Below, one piece after another: positions 23,409 to 36,000 of a DNA stretch of 64,000 nt; within the stretch, counting starts at the first letter, position 1, and each line of letters begins with the position of its first letter. The position numbers and the translations under genes were made by a program. This DNA is from Curvularia clavata (Eukaryota). A model generated the notes under the pieces. The model saw only the letters and a program-made list of their open reading frames with translations, was not told the origin of the DNA and did not search any database. The stretch lies in the NCBI GenBank assembly GCA_023920165.1, contig CP089279.1, positions 806,001 to 870,000 of the forward strand, written 5' to 3'.

Positions 23409-23447
23409 GTCAGTCAGTCAGTCAGACAGACAGGCTGGGTAGTCAGT
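23409..23447. repeat. (GTCA)n/(GACA)n tetranucleotide microsatellite between convergent genes
   Basis: gtcagtcagtcagtcagacagacagg...gtcagtc. Confidence 0.7.
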
Positions 23448-23491
23448 CGGGCAATGTATGTTTTTCTATTGCTCGCCCGAGTCGCAGAGAC

Positions 23492-24088
23492 TCAGTTCTG
23501 GCGAGGCTTGACTACGCCATCGTGCACTATGTAGTAGACGACGGTACTGTCCGTGTCGACTGTTGCCAGGACCACGCGCTTGGTGGTCCGCCAGGGGTTG
23601 GCTGGGCTATCGACGGTCGTGCTCTTGTCGTCTGCGGGCGGGAGGATGCTGATGGCATCAAAGACGCCGGCCAGGTCACGCAGCGTCCACCGCTCCTTGA
23701 GTCTGGTAGGCAGAATCCATTCGCGCTCGGGCTGGGGCTTGATATCGAGGGGAACAGGCTCGCCGGCGGCGCGGGCTTTTCTCTTGCGGTCGGCCTTCTC
23801 CAACAGGTCGTCCTGCTCGTCGGGATGGATGTAGAGGCGCTGGGGCGGGAGGCCAGAGACGAGTGGACGGGGCAGCGGGCGGTTGGTGATGGGCGAGTGG
23901 GTGTGAATGCGCAGCTGGGACCAGTAGTGCTGGTGCTGGAGATTGTGCAGGATCTGACGGGCGAGCGACGTCTCATTGGGAAGGTGAGATGAGGGCGTGT
24001 CTGGCGTGGACGGCGCTGATACGAACGTCTGCAGCGGGGCCGGTGCGATGGCGGGTTTCACGCCGGCGTGCACAGCAGACGTCGTCAT
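23492..24088 (-). CDS. SEN15: tRNA-splicing endonuclease subunit Sen15
   Basis: ILHNLQHQHYW, SGLPPQRLYIHPDEQ, EREWILPT and the C-terminal KRVVLATVDTDSTVVYYIVHDGVVKPRQN. Confidence 0.92.
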   Translation of the reverse strand: MTTSAVHAGVKPAIAPAPLQTFVSAPSTPDTPSSHLPNETSLARQILHNLQHQHYWSQLRIHTHSPITNRPLPRPLVSGLPPQRLYIHPDEQDDLLEKADRKRKARAAGEPVPLDIKPQPEREWILPTRLKERWTLRDLAGVFDAISILPPADDKSTTVDSPANPWRTTKRVVLATVDTDSTVVYYIVHDGVVKPRQN

Positions 24089-24379
24089 GGTCGGGCCTGG
24101 GCGCTCGAGATTAATTGGCGGTCTGAGGTTTCGCGCGGCGCTGGGGTGAAGGAGAAGCTATGCGGTTGCGGAAGGAGCGAAGATCTTGCCTCGTCTCCCC
24201 CACCACTCACGAGAGCATGCCCACCCCAACTAGGCAACGGCCGTGGCGCCTCTGCTTCTTTTATACTGGGCACTGCGGTCAGGACACGCGTACTGCTATC
24301 TGCTGCCATTCTTCTTTGCGCCCTTGAAAAGACTCCCAATATCACCATCAAAGGCCAGTATCGAGACAACATCGTCACC

Positions 24380-24998
24380 ATGCGCGCATCCATCTCCAGC
24401 TCCGTCGCCATCCCCACATTGCTGCTTCTGGCTAGCGCAGCCGTTGCACAAGACGCATCCACATCCGTCTCCGTCGTCACCTCGCCCTTTGTCAGCCCCT
24501 CGCCCACCGACGAGCAGGTCTACACTATCCAGACGGACACAACCGCCGTCGCCTCGGACCCATGGGCCTGCTACCAGGACTGCTTCATGCCGCCTTGCCC
24601 GCCATTGGCGTGTAAGTACAACCACCATGTACATATATGTACAGCATCACATACTGACTCGCCCAGGCACCAATAGCGGTGGTGTCGACTCAGCGACGCC
24701 GATTCCCTTGCCCCGGCCCGTCTCCGAGTCTATAGTGTCAGAAATCACAGATGCATCCCTCTCCACCGTCTCTGGCTTCATGTCGATTCCCGTGGGTGAG
24801 ACACCCATCAGTTCTGGCGCCATTGTCACTTCTGCCAGTGGCTCCCCCACCGCCAGCGCGTCGTCGGCCGGGAGCAGCGCAGGAACCCGGACTACCTCAG
24901 GACTACCCCAGGCAACGTCCAATGCGGCAGCACTCAATGCCAAGGCTGACCAAATTCCCCTCGTCGCAGCCATTGCTGGTGCTCTAGTACTGCTTTGA
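24380..24998 (+). CDS. Small Ser/Thr-rich, probably GPI-anchored cell-surface protein; intron 24612-24666
   Basis: Signal peptide, short Cys cluster (WACYQDCFMPPCPPLAC), S/T-rich stalk, SNAAA omega-like site and hydrophobic tail. Confidence 0.8.
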
Positions 24999-25603
24999 GC
25001 AAGTAGTATATAGCAGCACGATAGGGCTGAATCACAAAATTGCGCATTGCTAACGGCAGTTCTATGTATGTAGTCTGGTTCAACTGGCGTCTATGGCAGC
25101 TAGGTGTATTGTTGGCGAATCTTCTCACGAGTATGATAAACGACAAATAGATAGTACGAAGCAAATCAAACATATTACCCCAGTTGTACACCTACTCCAG
25201 ATTGTGGCGCAGTGGCTGAACACGTAGTCGTGCTGCACAAGCGATCCAACGTGCCATTAGCGCGTGGCGTAGACAACGCAGGGAAGTGGATCCAGGGCCC
25301 AACTGCGCGTCCAACACAGTCTAGCCCGCCTCCTTCCATCCTATCCTCCGCAGTCTCTCCGCCGGTAAAAGGTTTCAATGGCGCCCACAGGGGCATGCCC
25401 GCTCTTCTTCTCCGCGCCCTCGACCTCGGACGTCATATACCATCCCAAGTCGTGACTCAACAAAAGCAAAATTCTTGCCAAGGCACCACGGAATTGCACT
25501 AGCCACCGTCCATCACCTTGGCTGCCAGATTGAGCCACAAGGGGATACGCTCCAATTGTACATAACCAAGGACGCCGTGCAGCTACTCTCTGCACTGCTG
25601 CTC

Positions 25604-27108
25604 ATGGCGCCCTCCAACAGCACCGTCTCGACGCCCGTGCCCTTTCCACAGCCTCAGGATATCACCAACCAGGACGCATCGACTCCTGCCCCGGATGTGC
25701 CTCGCACCAATGCCCGCGACCGAAGCTCTACAAATGCCTCAACCGTTTCGAGTAGACTGCGCAGTGCAACCGGCAAGCTCATGGAAGCAAGCCCCCCACC
25801 AGGAATGTGGGCAGCGACTGGTACCACCGTTGCCAGGGCACCCTCTCTCGCCGACATTCGGGTAGGCTCGTTTGGGTCAGATGGCTGGAACGAGCACGCG
25901 CAGCGCAGTCGAGCAGGCTCTCGGGCAAGCCAGCGCATGTCTGCACCACGAACGTCTGCGACTGCAACAACAACAACAACAACAATGTCAGACCAGCCGG
26001 AGCGCCCGGGTGCTGCAACACAGAAGACAGTGTCAGCTGATGCGTTCAACACCAAGACCTTTCCCGTCTTGGCTGAGGAAGACACTCATCAGACCGCGGA
26101 ACACGACACACAAAATAGCAGCTCTGCACCTAGCGCACTATCGAAGAGAAGTTGCGATATAGCGGCAGAGCAGGTCGATGGCGACCGACCACAGCAACCC
26201 AAGAGGACATCTTCAGGACGGGTATGTCAAAAGGCTGGACCTTTCTTTCCTGCTGTACTGATGCTAACAACAAACAGTATGCGAACGGCTATGTTCCGCC
26301 CCCCAAGCTTCCCTGGAAACGATCCCTTGCCATCGGTCTTAAGAGCTTCTGGAAGTGGTTCCTGACCCCTGCCGGCTTCCTCATCACACTTTACAGTCTC
26401 AACGTAGTTGCATGGGGTGGCATGCTGTTCCTCCTTCTCTGCAATGCTGCGCCGGCCATGTGTACGCCTACCTGCGATGACATCAACTCCCCACGGCGAA
26501 AGTGGATAGAGGTAGACTCGCAAATCCTCAACGCTCTTTTCTGCGTTACAGGCTTTGGACTGGCTCCATGGCGCTTCCGTGATCTCTACTGGTGGGCATG
26601 GTGGAGGATTGGCGGGTCGGCGCGCAAACAAACGGGCATTCGACGATTAGCCGGCATACATCGAGGATGGTTTCGACTTCCTGGCTCAGATCAGTTACCA
26701 GACGACGCGGACGCGACTACCGTCGATCCCGAGAACCCCGCTGTACCCATCCCCGTTAAGACGATCCCAGACCCACCGCCCACTGCAATTCGCGCCCCGC
26801 CAACCAAGAGCTGGACCATGGATGTTGTCGTCTGGTTTAATGTTTGGAACACTCTGTTTCAGATATGCTTGTGCTTCTACATGTGGCACTATGACCGCAT
26901 ACAGAGGCCGTCATGGGCCACGGGACTATTTGTTGCATTAGCTTGTACTGTGGCTGGTGCGGCTGGTGTCATCATGTGGCAGCAAGGCAAAAGAGTTAAG
27001 GAAATCGAGGGAGTGCCCATGCGTAAGGACTATGGCGAACAACCGACAGATGCAGAGGCATCTTCCAGTGTGCCATTGGTTAGAACGGGTGTGGCGACCA
27101 AATCCTGA
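25604..27108 (+). CDS. DUF2985-type membrane protein; intron 26222-26277
   Basis: YANGYVPPPK, NVVAWGGMLFLLLC and WIEVDSQILNALFCVTGFGLAPWRFRDLY; canonical GTATGT...CTAAC...CAG intron. Confidence 0.85.
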
Positions 27109-27689
27109 TATTATTGCCCAGCATTCTGCGTGGCGCAAGTGTGCACTGTTTTCTTGGCGCGCACTTTGGCCTGCGACTCGCCGCGGCTGACATCGTCAAC
27201 TTATTCTGAACCATTACCATAGTCTGCAGACTACATACGTCACATCAACAGTACATAATTGCTCGCCTACCACAGAAGTGTCGCTTTGACTCAGAATATG
27301 CCCATGGTATTCATTACGTCAGCAATGTGTCTTCTACTTGCAGCACAAGGAACCCTCCGGACGATTCGGCCGGGCTTCCCCATAGATCACCAGCGCCTAT
27401 CATAATCGCAATGACAGCCCGGCCAAGCTCTCCCGGACAGTCCGATATGCACACTAAGCAGATTGAGAACCGACCTGTTGACTAGCATGACGTAGATCTG
27501 GCAAACTAATCAGTGACTGGTGACAGATGCACGAGACCTTCAGGGTTCGATTGGTATATATTGCCCAGCCAAGGCCCTCCAAGACGTCCGGTTCGCCTTG
27601 CGATATTTTAAGTGCTGGCTATTTCTGCTATCGCAACGAGCGTGAGAGTGAATATACGACTTATTGCAAAAAAAAAAAAGCTGCAAGAC

Positions 27690-28613
27690 ATGGCAGCACA
27701 AGAATACTACCTAGGCACGCAAGCTGCCCAAGAGCTTCAAGGAAGCCAACCACCCAACCCATACCAGTCGCAAACATCAAAGCCGCCACAATATCATCAA
27801 CCATACGGCGCACCGTCATATGCGAACACGCCGCCTCCATCGTACTCTGTACAGCCTCAACCACCACCAGCACTATCACATCAACGATCTCATGGCTATT
27901 TTCCCCACCAAACGTATCCTGAGAAACCGCCTCAATCACAGACAATGACAGCGCCCTATCCACAAACCCCGCCAGCAGGCTACAATCCTTCTGCACAGCC
28001 AATGCCACAAGCACAGCGCCAACCAAGTAACTACCTTGGTGTACCACTCCAGCATCACAGAAGCCACTCGCAGCCTCCGCGCGTCCACTTTGCAGACCAA
28101 GACTCCGACCGCAGCACAAGCCTGGGCTCGATATCTGACGACGAGTATTCCCCTCGCCGCCATCACCACCACCACCGCCATGAACATCGCCACAATAGTT
28201 CCCACCGCCACAGCAGCCGCTCGCGCCCCCACGAACGTACCTACGACTCAGACTACAGCGACCGCGACCGCGACCGCGACTACGACCGCTCCTCCTCCTC
28301 GCGCCACCGCCGCCACAAACCACACAAGTCGCACTCATACGAGGATTCACACAAGACACGCGACACGTTTCTCGGCGCCGGCGCGGGAACCATAATCGGG
28401 GACGTCATTTTCCCTGGCCTGGGCACTGCAGCGGGTCTAGTGCTAGGCGGATACGGTGGGCGCAAGTACGCGCAGGACAAACTGCGGAGTGAGGAGAGCA
28501 GCGACTCTGGGGGAAAGAGTAGACGGAGAAATCATGGGGGCAGTAGGAGAGCGGGAGATGATGGGTGGGATGAGAAGACGAGGACGTATAGGAAAGGAGC
28601 GGCTGTGAGGTGA
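27690..28613 (+). CDS. Pro/Gln-rich, His/Arg/Ser-rich protein with a C-terminal glycine-zipper-like segment
   Basis: MAAQEYYLG start, low-complexity body, RDTFLGAGAGTIIGDVIFPGLGTAAGLVLGGYGG. Confidence 0.8.
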   Translation: MAAQEYYLGTQAAQELQGSQPPNPYQSQTSKPPQYHQPYGAPSYANTPPPSYSVQPQPPPALSHQRSHGYFPHQTYPEKPPQSQTMTAPYPQTPPAGYNPSAQPMPQAQRQPSNYLGVPLQHHRSHSQPPRVHFADQDSDRSTSLGSISDDEYSPRRHHHHHRHEHRHNSSHRHSSRSRPHERTYDSDYSDRDRDRDYDRSSSSRHRRHKPHKSHSYEDSHKTRDTFLGAGAGTIIGDVIFPGLGTAAGLVLGGYGGRKYAQDKLRSEESSDSGGKSRRRNHGGSRRAGDDGWDEKTRTYRKGAAVR

Positions 28614-28877
28614 ACACGCCCTTCCTTTTTCTCTTTATCCGCCGTCTTTCTTGACGTCTTATGAATGATGAATGTGAGGCCATGGACCGGGGAGAAAGAT
28701 AGAGGAGATTCGCGATGTGTAGTAAGACCTGCTGCTGGTTCAGCTATGATAGAGCAACGATTTTCATAGAGTACATGTAATATAATCCGTGCATCACGAT
28801 ATCGAAGCCTGTAATCTTTTTTAAAAACCTCAAACAAAGGGTTTTCATTCAAATCTTTTGGTGTGTAAACTAACATC

Positions 28878-29228
28878 GGATGTATGTCTTCAACCATTAT
28901 ACAGACGCGGTAGCATTCCATCCATCGTAATTTTTTTTTCAGAAGCAGGAGAAGAAAAGAACAAGAGTAGAAAAATGATGTGTGTCTTCAACCGTGCCCT
29001 GAAACGGTAGCATGCCATCCTGTGTCTAGAAGAAAGGAATTACGTGGAAAAAACAATTGAGGTGATGTGATGTATGTCTTCAACCGTTGCGGTAGCATTC
29101 CATCGTAAATGTCTGAGCGACAATACTAAAAAGGCAATAGATGTAAAAGCGCAACATGGAAGGATGCGCGTAGATGGATGGATGGATGCACGTCTTCAAC
29201 CCTGGAACGACACGGTAGCGCTACATCC
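28878..29228 (-). repeat. Four copies of a conserved hairpin motif in the presumed ERG24 3' UTR (28879-28922, 28977-29019, 29069-29104, 29185-29227)
   Basis: Plus-strand consensus GATG-YR-YGTCTTCAACC-N(5-13)-GGTAGCR-NNN-CATC, with unrelated spacers between copies. Confidence 0.85.
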
Positions 29229-29255
29229 TCAATCCCTCTGGAGGAAAACACTGGT

Positions 29256-30845
29256 CTAGTAGATACCAGGAACGATCCTCCAAGGGACAAGCTCGACGTA
29301 GCGGTCCCAGTCCTTGCCGTACTTCTTCCTGCACTTCTCCTCGTCACGGCGCTCGCGGTGGATGAGCAGAATGGCAAAGTAGACCATGAAGAAGTAGGTG
29401 AAGATCATTCCCCAGCCCTTGGCCTCACCAGGCACTACGTACTTGCCGTAGCTGTCCTTGAAGAAGTAGGCATCGGTTTGGGTGGCGGTGATTGGGTCCT
29501 TGGCGGCGTTCTTGATCACGTATCCAGACATGGCGGTTGGCAGGACGTAAGACCAGCTCATAAACCAGTCGCCGAGGTAGTTGATGTGGCGGGCCATGCC
29601 CCACCAGCCGCTGACCAGGAGCTTAGAGCCAGCAGCCGTCTCGATGTACTTGAGGTGCTTGACGCGCGGGTCTTCTGGGTTGGTCCTGAAGCGGTTCTTC
29701 TCGTTGTTGACGGCGCGGAAAATGTAGTAGCCAATGCCCTGGACGGCCAAGACGCCAGCCACACCGGTCAGGCCGAGTTCGACGGGGTAGACGGAAAGGT
29801 AGCGCGTCTGGAGAGAGTAGGTGAAAGGAACCCAGACAAGGTCGCCAAAGGAAAGCATCATACCGAAACCATCGGCAATGATGTCGATGGTGGTGAGAAT
29901 GGCAGGCTCCATGTACAAGGCGTCAAAGGTGTAGACGGCTTGCGCGACCGTGATGAGGATGATGGAATCGGTGACACGGCCAAAGTTGCGATATTGTTGG
30001 ACAATGAAAGCAAGGTCCAAAATGATCCATCCCAGCATTCCCGGGCGAAGTTCGCACCAAGCTTTGATGTCTACCTCACCAAAGATGGGCAGCTTAACGC
30101 GCGGGTTAAGTTCACGTCCGATGAACCAGTCATACAGCATATTGCCAGTGTGGCCACCGGCAGCAAGCTCTCGCATGGAGGGATCCTTGGGGTGCTTAAC
30201 ACTGAAAGATGCAACATAGACGTAAATGGCCAGTGCGTAGGAGATGAGGATGTTACTGGTGAGAATGCCGGCGTAGTTGTCGTGAATGAATGTCCAGACT
30301 GGAAAATCGGCGCCCTGAGCAATGGTTCCTGCGGCGAGGATGGTCACGATGAAGAGAGCCGAGTAAAAGGCTATATCGAGTCAGCGCAGTCGACTTTTAG
30401 CACTTGACTTAACTTACAATTGAACCTGTACTTGAGTCTGCCGCCTGTCCTGAGCTCAGTACCTTCGTGCTCCCCGCCAGGGAGGATGCTGTACAGGACC
30501 AAGCTCAGGAAGTAGTAGCCCAACGTACCAAGGAGCGCCTCAGTGCTGAGCAGACCAGAGAAACCAGGCCATCCGACCTCTTTCTTCAGCTGTTCAAGGC
30601 TGAAGCTGTGAGGGTGCAAGAGTACAGGGGCAGGGCATCCAGAGATGTCATTGCACAGGAAAGTGAAGACATAGACCAGAACCGGAAGTCCAAAAGAGAT
30701 GATGAAAGCTCCAGGACTGCCAATGGGGTTAGCGCGAGGATGGCTGGGGTGCTCAATTAGAAAACACGTACGGTCCGAGGAATTCGTATCCGTGAGGCTC
30801 TCCGGCGAGCTTCTTGACGCCCTTTTCGGCGCTTGCTTTTGCCAT
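29256..30845 (-). CDS. ERG24: C-14 sterol reductase (ERG4/ERG24 family); introns 30717-30771 and 30371-30417
   Basis: HGYEFLGP|PGAF, LKYRFN, GNMLYDWFIGRELNPR, ELRPGMLGW, LLVSGWWGMARHINYLGDW and HRERRDEEKCRKKYGKDW. Confidence 0.95.
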
Positions 30846-31320
30846 TCTTTCGGCCGTCGAGATGTACTTTCAATCTCTTTCAATTGCGGGTGGTGTCGCG
30901 AACAAACAAACAAACAAATTTGGAGAAAAGGGGGTCCGATGCGTTCCGCTCCACAACACAACAGATGATCCCAGGCTCTTTCTGACCAATGCTCGACGCG
31001 CCGCCTAATGGAAGAACAGCTGGGAAGGCAGGGTCTTTTTATGTGGTCGAATGGAAGACGGCGCACATCAGTCGATAGGAGAGGCCGCCGGAACACTCGC
31101 AACCGTGATGACGCGCACACACCAGGCTTGGCTGCACTAGCCGCACCAAGCCCTAGCCGACCAGGATGCTGCCGCTGCAAGCCACTGCGAGCCACTGCGA
31201 CATGGGGTGGCAGCTCCGGAAGTCAACGTGTTGCGAAGGCATTAGGCGATCGATCCAGCGCTGTCTTCACCGTCACCATCGAGTATCATCCCATTGCGCT
31301 GCGCGCAGACCTCGCCTGCC

Positions 31321-32586
31321 ATGATACACATCCTCCGAGCCCTTGTGCTCCTCGCAGCGTCGGCGTCCATTGCGACGGCCGCCTCGGACAAGCCGCTCAA
31401 GCCATGTACCGTCATCTCGCCGACTACCGAACGCTTCTTTGACCTCAATCCCATGCGGCGCCTCGCTCCCTCGGAGTCAGACGGCAAGAAGAATAGCAAA
31501 AAGGAGGGCGACGAAGGCAGCTGGCATGCCAGAGGTTACGACTATGGTGCTAACTTCACCATTAACTTCTGTGGTCCCGTCGTAGAGGAGCTGGACGAAG
31601 TACAGGATCTCGACAAGTCGCTCTGGAAAAACGTCAGCGCCTTCTACGAAAAGGGTAGCAAGCAATGGGCTATTGGGTGAGTTTTCTCCCCGTAAAGAAA
31701 CATCGTACGGGAGGGAGACTGGTTGAGGCGGGGGAGGGGGAAGTCGCCATAAGCATCTGCAGGCAGAAACATACACGTCTGAAATGCGCCATGCTGACAT
31801 AACTCGCGCAACAGCCTCGAGAGCTCAGAACCCATTTTCCGCGGTCGCAAACTCATCCTCAATTATACCGGCGGTTCGCTCTGCCCCTCCTCGCCGTCAA
31901 AGTCCAAGCGCGCGCTCGAGCCAGTCTCTCTCGACGCGCGGGAGATCATTGATGGCGACGACGATGACAAGGACAAGGACAAAGATAAGGGTAAAGAGGG
32001 AAAGAAGAAGAAGGAGACTGAACGCCGCAAGACGACCGTCATCTCCCTCCTCTGCGACTCCGACCCGCTCGCCAAAACCTCCGTATCCTTCGTCGCCGCA
32101 GTCGATGATTGCGCATACTTTTTCGAAGGCCGCTCGCCTTTCGCATGCGGCGGCGTACACCAAGAAGCACAAGCACTGAGCCCTGGCGGTGTGTTTGGCG
32201 TCATGGTCATGATTGCCGTCCTGGTGTACCTCGTCGGTGGATGCGTCTACCAGCGCACCGTCATGCACCAGCGCGGATGGCGCCAACTGCCCAACTACGC
32301 AATGTGGGCTGGCATCTGGCGCTTCTTTTCGGTGAGTCTCCTCAGATGCTTTCGCAGGAGCAGCAGCATAGCCATGCCATGATGTGATGCATTTCCTCTG
32401 CCCTCGTGGAGTGCTGACGTTGCAAAGGACATGTTCATCATCTTGACTTCTTCCTGCGCCCGCTTTATGCCTTCCCGCCGGGGCTATAACCGTGTCTCGT
32501 TGGGTCAGGATAACGCAAGGAGAGGACGGCGCAACGAAGATGAAGATAGGCTGATAGATAACTTGGACGAGGAGTGGGATGATTAG
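31321..32586 (+). CDS. MRL1: Mannose-6-phosphate receptor-like vacuolar sorting protein; introns 31677-31814 and 32332-32427
   Basis: Signal peptide, SWHARGYDYGANFTINFCGPVVE, PIFRGRKLILNYTGGSLC, TM helix followed by YQRTVMHQRGWRQLPNY, and C-terminal DEDRLIDNLDEEWDD. Confidence 0.88.
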
Positions 32587-33055
32587 ACATTGTTGATTGC
32601 TCGGATATTGGCATGGCATCAAAGCTCGGCGTTCATAGGTCTGGTTTCTGGGTATCATCTCGCCTCGGAGTGTAGTTTCTTCAGGCGTAGAATAGGGCAT
32701 TTGCATAGGCTTCACTTGTTGCAATATGTGTCACACTTTGGTATTACCGTGCATTGAATGTCTGTCTGTCTGCGCTACTGTGGAGTCATGCTAAGTACAT
32801 GCAGAGACTAAACTTATCGCGCGCCTGAGAAATACTAATGCAATTTGCAACGCACTTTCTCATGTTCCCCTTAAACACTGCCTCGTCAAAGGGATTTGCT
32901 CAACCGATCAAACTCACTCGCGTTAAGACACATCGGAAGAAAGGAGGTATTGAGTGCTATCATTACATTGTGTTACCATGGTCGTAAAATGATGGACAAG
33001 AGGGAGTCTCCTAGTTCAGCTGAGAATGGGTTTCAACTGGCATGAATCGACCAGT

Positions 33056-36000
33056 CTACTCGCTATCACTCATGTCGTCCTCGTCGTACACTTGGTTGCG
33101 CGGAGTGACTCCATAGAGTCTAGACTTGAGCTCATCCAGCTTGAATCTGTCTATATTGTCGTTCCCATGGTCTTCTTCTTCAGAAGACTCTTGCGCTGAG
33201 CCATCAGTGCTCCCCTGCTTGCCGTTGCCATCGTGGTTCGGTTCTTTGCCTTTGACACTAATTTGCATGGCTTTGTCCTCCGACCTGATATCTCTATCGG
33301 CAATGGCTTCAAATTGTGCATCTACACTTTCCAGGATCCGATGAACCGCTGATAACAGATCCTGATTTTCCTTGGATTCTTGTCGCGTGAGTTGGTTACA
33401 AGCCTTTCCACCAGACGAAACCATGTAGTCAGCACTCATCTGGTCACAGACTTCGGTGATATTGGCCTCTATCAACTCTCGCAGCCTCTCGCACATGTCG
33501 TTGAGGCGCTTGTCTACCTTTTGTGCCAACTTTTGAAACATGGTGCGTCTTGCGAGCTCAACATGGTCTGTCATGCGTTCTTTCATCTGCTTGAACGCTC
33601 CAGTGCCATGCGCAGCAGCACAAGCATTATATCCAGGACGCATCGCGTCTGCGATGCAAGGTGCAAACTCCCGATTGGCTTCGCGTTGTAGCTCGTTCAT
33701 TTGGGCGACAAGGCAAATTCCAAGGTCCTTGAAACGCCGTTCGTAGTTAGGAACTTTTCTGCTCAAGATAGATAGAATCGTTTGCCTAATACCAATCATT
33801 TGGGCGTGAGTTTCGACAGCTTCATGGAATTGACTGGGATGCTTGCTGAGTCGTTCAACGTGTTTAGTAATTGCTCCAGGGAGATACGTATGGAAGACAT
33901 GATCCCAAATCGGAGTGAGCGGTTTCATGATAGGCTGAACAAGCTCCAAGTTGAAGTCACGGTGTCCCGCTATTGGAGAATAATAGACACCATCGTGACG
34001 GATAACGGCTCTGTAAGAAGCCCACATGAGACCGCCTTGCTTCTTCTGCCCCCAGGAGTAGGCTGTCTCAGGTGCGGCTTCGGTGGCGGCATTGATGAGT
34101 TCTGAAAGGTTGCCGGATATTCTAGAATTCATCTCGGACTGCACTTCCTCGATACAGTCGTGAACGATCTTATCAAAGTCGGATCTCAAATTTCTTAACA
34201 TCTGTTCCAAAAAGCCAAGTTGCTGTTGTTGCGTTTCTTCGCCAGTCATTTTCAAGGTCGGGTCCATCGTCCACAACCTCAAATCAATCAACAGCTGGTA
34301 GAAATCTGTTAGGAAAGACCGACTCGTCTGAATACGACCAGCCTCTGTCAGCTTTCGACAATGATCTTGTAGCTGAGGAACTTCCGTCTCTTCGGCAGTT
34401 GTGAATCCTGCTACATCGTCGTCCTTCTGCATACGTCCGCACAACTTTTGATATGCGCGAGTGCTGACGCAGAAAACGGGCAACGACTTTGCAACCTGCT
34501 CATAATCCCGTATTTCCTCTTCGGGGTCGATATGATCCTCATCTGCCTCAGCAGCATTTTCTTGATCAAGTTCTCTGATTCCTGCAGCAAAATCCCGCTG
34601 AATTGCAGACTTTGAGTAGTGATTACGTCCAGAAATGCAGATACGGCTCACTTCCGCTTTGATTCTGCTCTTTTCGGCGTCTAGCTTGCGAATATGATCT
34701 TTTAACAGGCCAATGGTATACTGTGATTCGTTTCCTTCGTGTTGAGCGTTTTTCCTGGTGGCCTTTAACTCTTTGAGCTTTTTCTTGATAGCCGATTCAG
34801 ATAATTGGACTCGCTCAGACTGAAGTTCGACTTCCCCTTCGCTGCTCGACGATTGACGGCTGGTGCAGAAGAATTCGTCGTCGGAGTCATCTTCAACTGC
34901 CTGTCTTTTCTTTCGTCGTTCATCATCGGCACTGGCCCTTTTTGGCTGAGTGACAGGTGCGTACACTCGTTTGCCTTCTTCCAGTTGCTCTTGAAGCGTT
35001 TCCCAGGTCTCAATATCGTTTGAAGCGTTTGTAATGATGACTTTTCGAACATTTCGCAACTCTTTCAGTTTTTCAATTTCTCTCATAGCGTGTTCGATCT
35101 GTTCGTTACAATTGCGTCCTTGCTCGTCGAGCTTTCCAACCTCATCTTCCAACCTGAGGCTGCCAATCGCCTCCATGATGGAGATGTTATCCGTCTTTGA
35201 ACAGATGAACGTCACATTGGAAAATCCACCGTCGTACTTTAATTGTCGTTTGAAAGAGTCGCCAAGAAGGGTCTTGGCTGATTTGTCGTCTACCGCGCGA
35301 GAGATGGGAGCGACGATCCACAAGCCGGTGCATTGCTTCATATAACCCTGGGCTACGGCAGCCCTAGCAGCATTGCTATCATGAACGCCCGGAAGGTCGA
35401 CAAGGACAGCGCCTGTTGACAGTGCCGAGCTAGTAGTGTAGATCTTGACGACTTTGATCAAAGGCCAGTACTCTATCTCAAGTGAGGGTTTCGGTGCACT
35501 GCTGTTGATTCTGTCAGTACCTTTATTCTTGTCCTTTTCGGGCAATTTCTCTTTGCTGTCAACGTATTCTAGAAGTGCGATGTAGAATTCCTCTGCACTA
35601 TCCATGGAGATCTGTTTGGTAGTTCCGAGGACGCTGTTGACCGACGTTTGGGACATAAGAGTAGGTATGATGCTTTCCTGCAACTCACTCTTCGCTACCG
35701 ATGGATAAACAGCACGGAACTTTGCCCATGCAACACCGGATTCAGAGGTTGGGTCCTGGACTTCGTGCGAGAGAGTACCGTTTCCAGACAAAAGCTCTTG
35801 CATGAGGATTGAGAGCTCTTTTTTCCAATCTTCTGGGCCGATGAATTCAATTTCTGCGCGATATCTGGAAACACTGGCGTTGCTATTCCATGAAATCTCA
35901 GTAACGACAGCAGTGCAAGCACGCATACAGTTTGTTGGGACCAGACGCTCTTCGTCAAGTATTGCGTTGATGACGCTGCTCTTGCCAGCGCCCGTATTGC

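Noticed and set aside
27540..27560. GGTTCGA resembling a tRNA T-loop
   Set aside because: The flanks cannot form a T-stem or cloverleaf.
28878..29228. CRISPR-like reading of the repeat array
   Set aside because: The context is eukaryotic with no cas genes, spacing is irregular, and the variable part lies inside a hairpin rather than between identical repeats.
29178..30407. 409-aa plus-strand ORF
   Set aside because: It is the antisense shadow of the codon-biased ERG24 CDS and has no motif of its own.
31897..32724. 275-aa minus-strand ORF
   Set aside because: It is antisense to the MRL1 exons and has no independent support.
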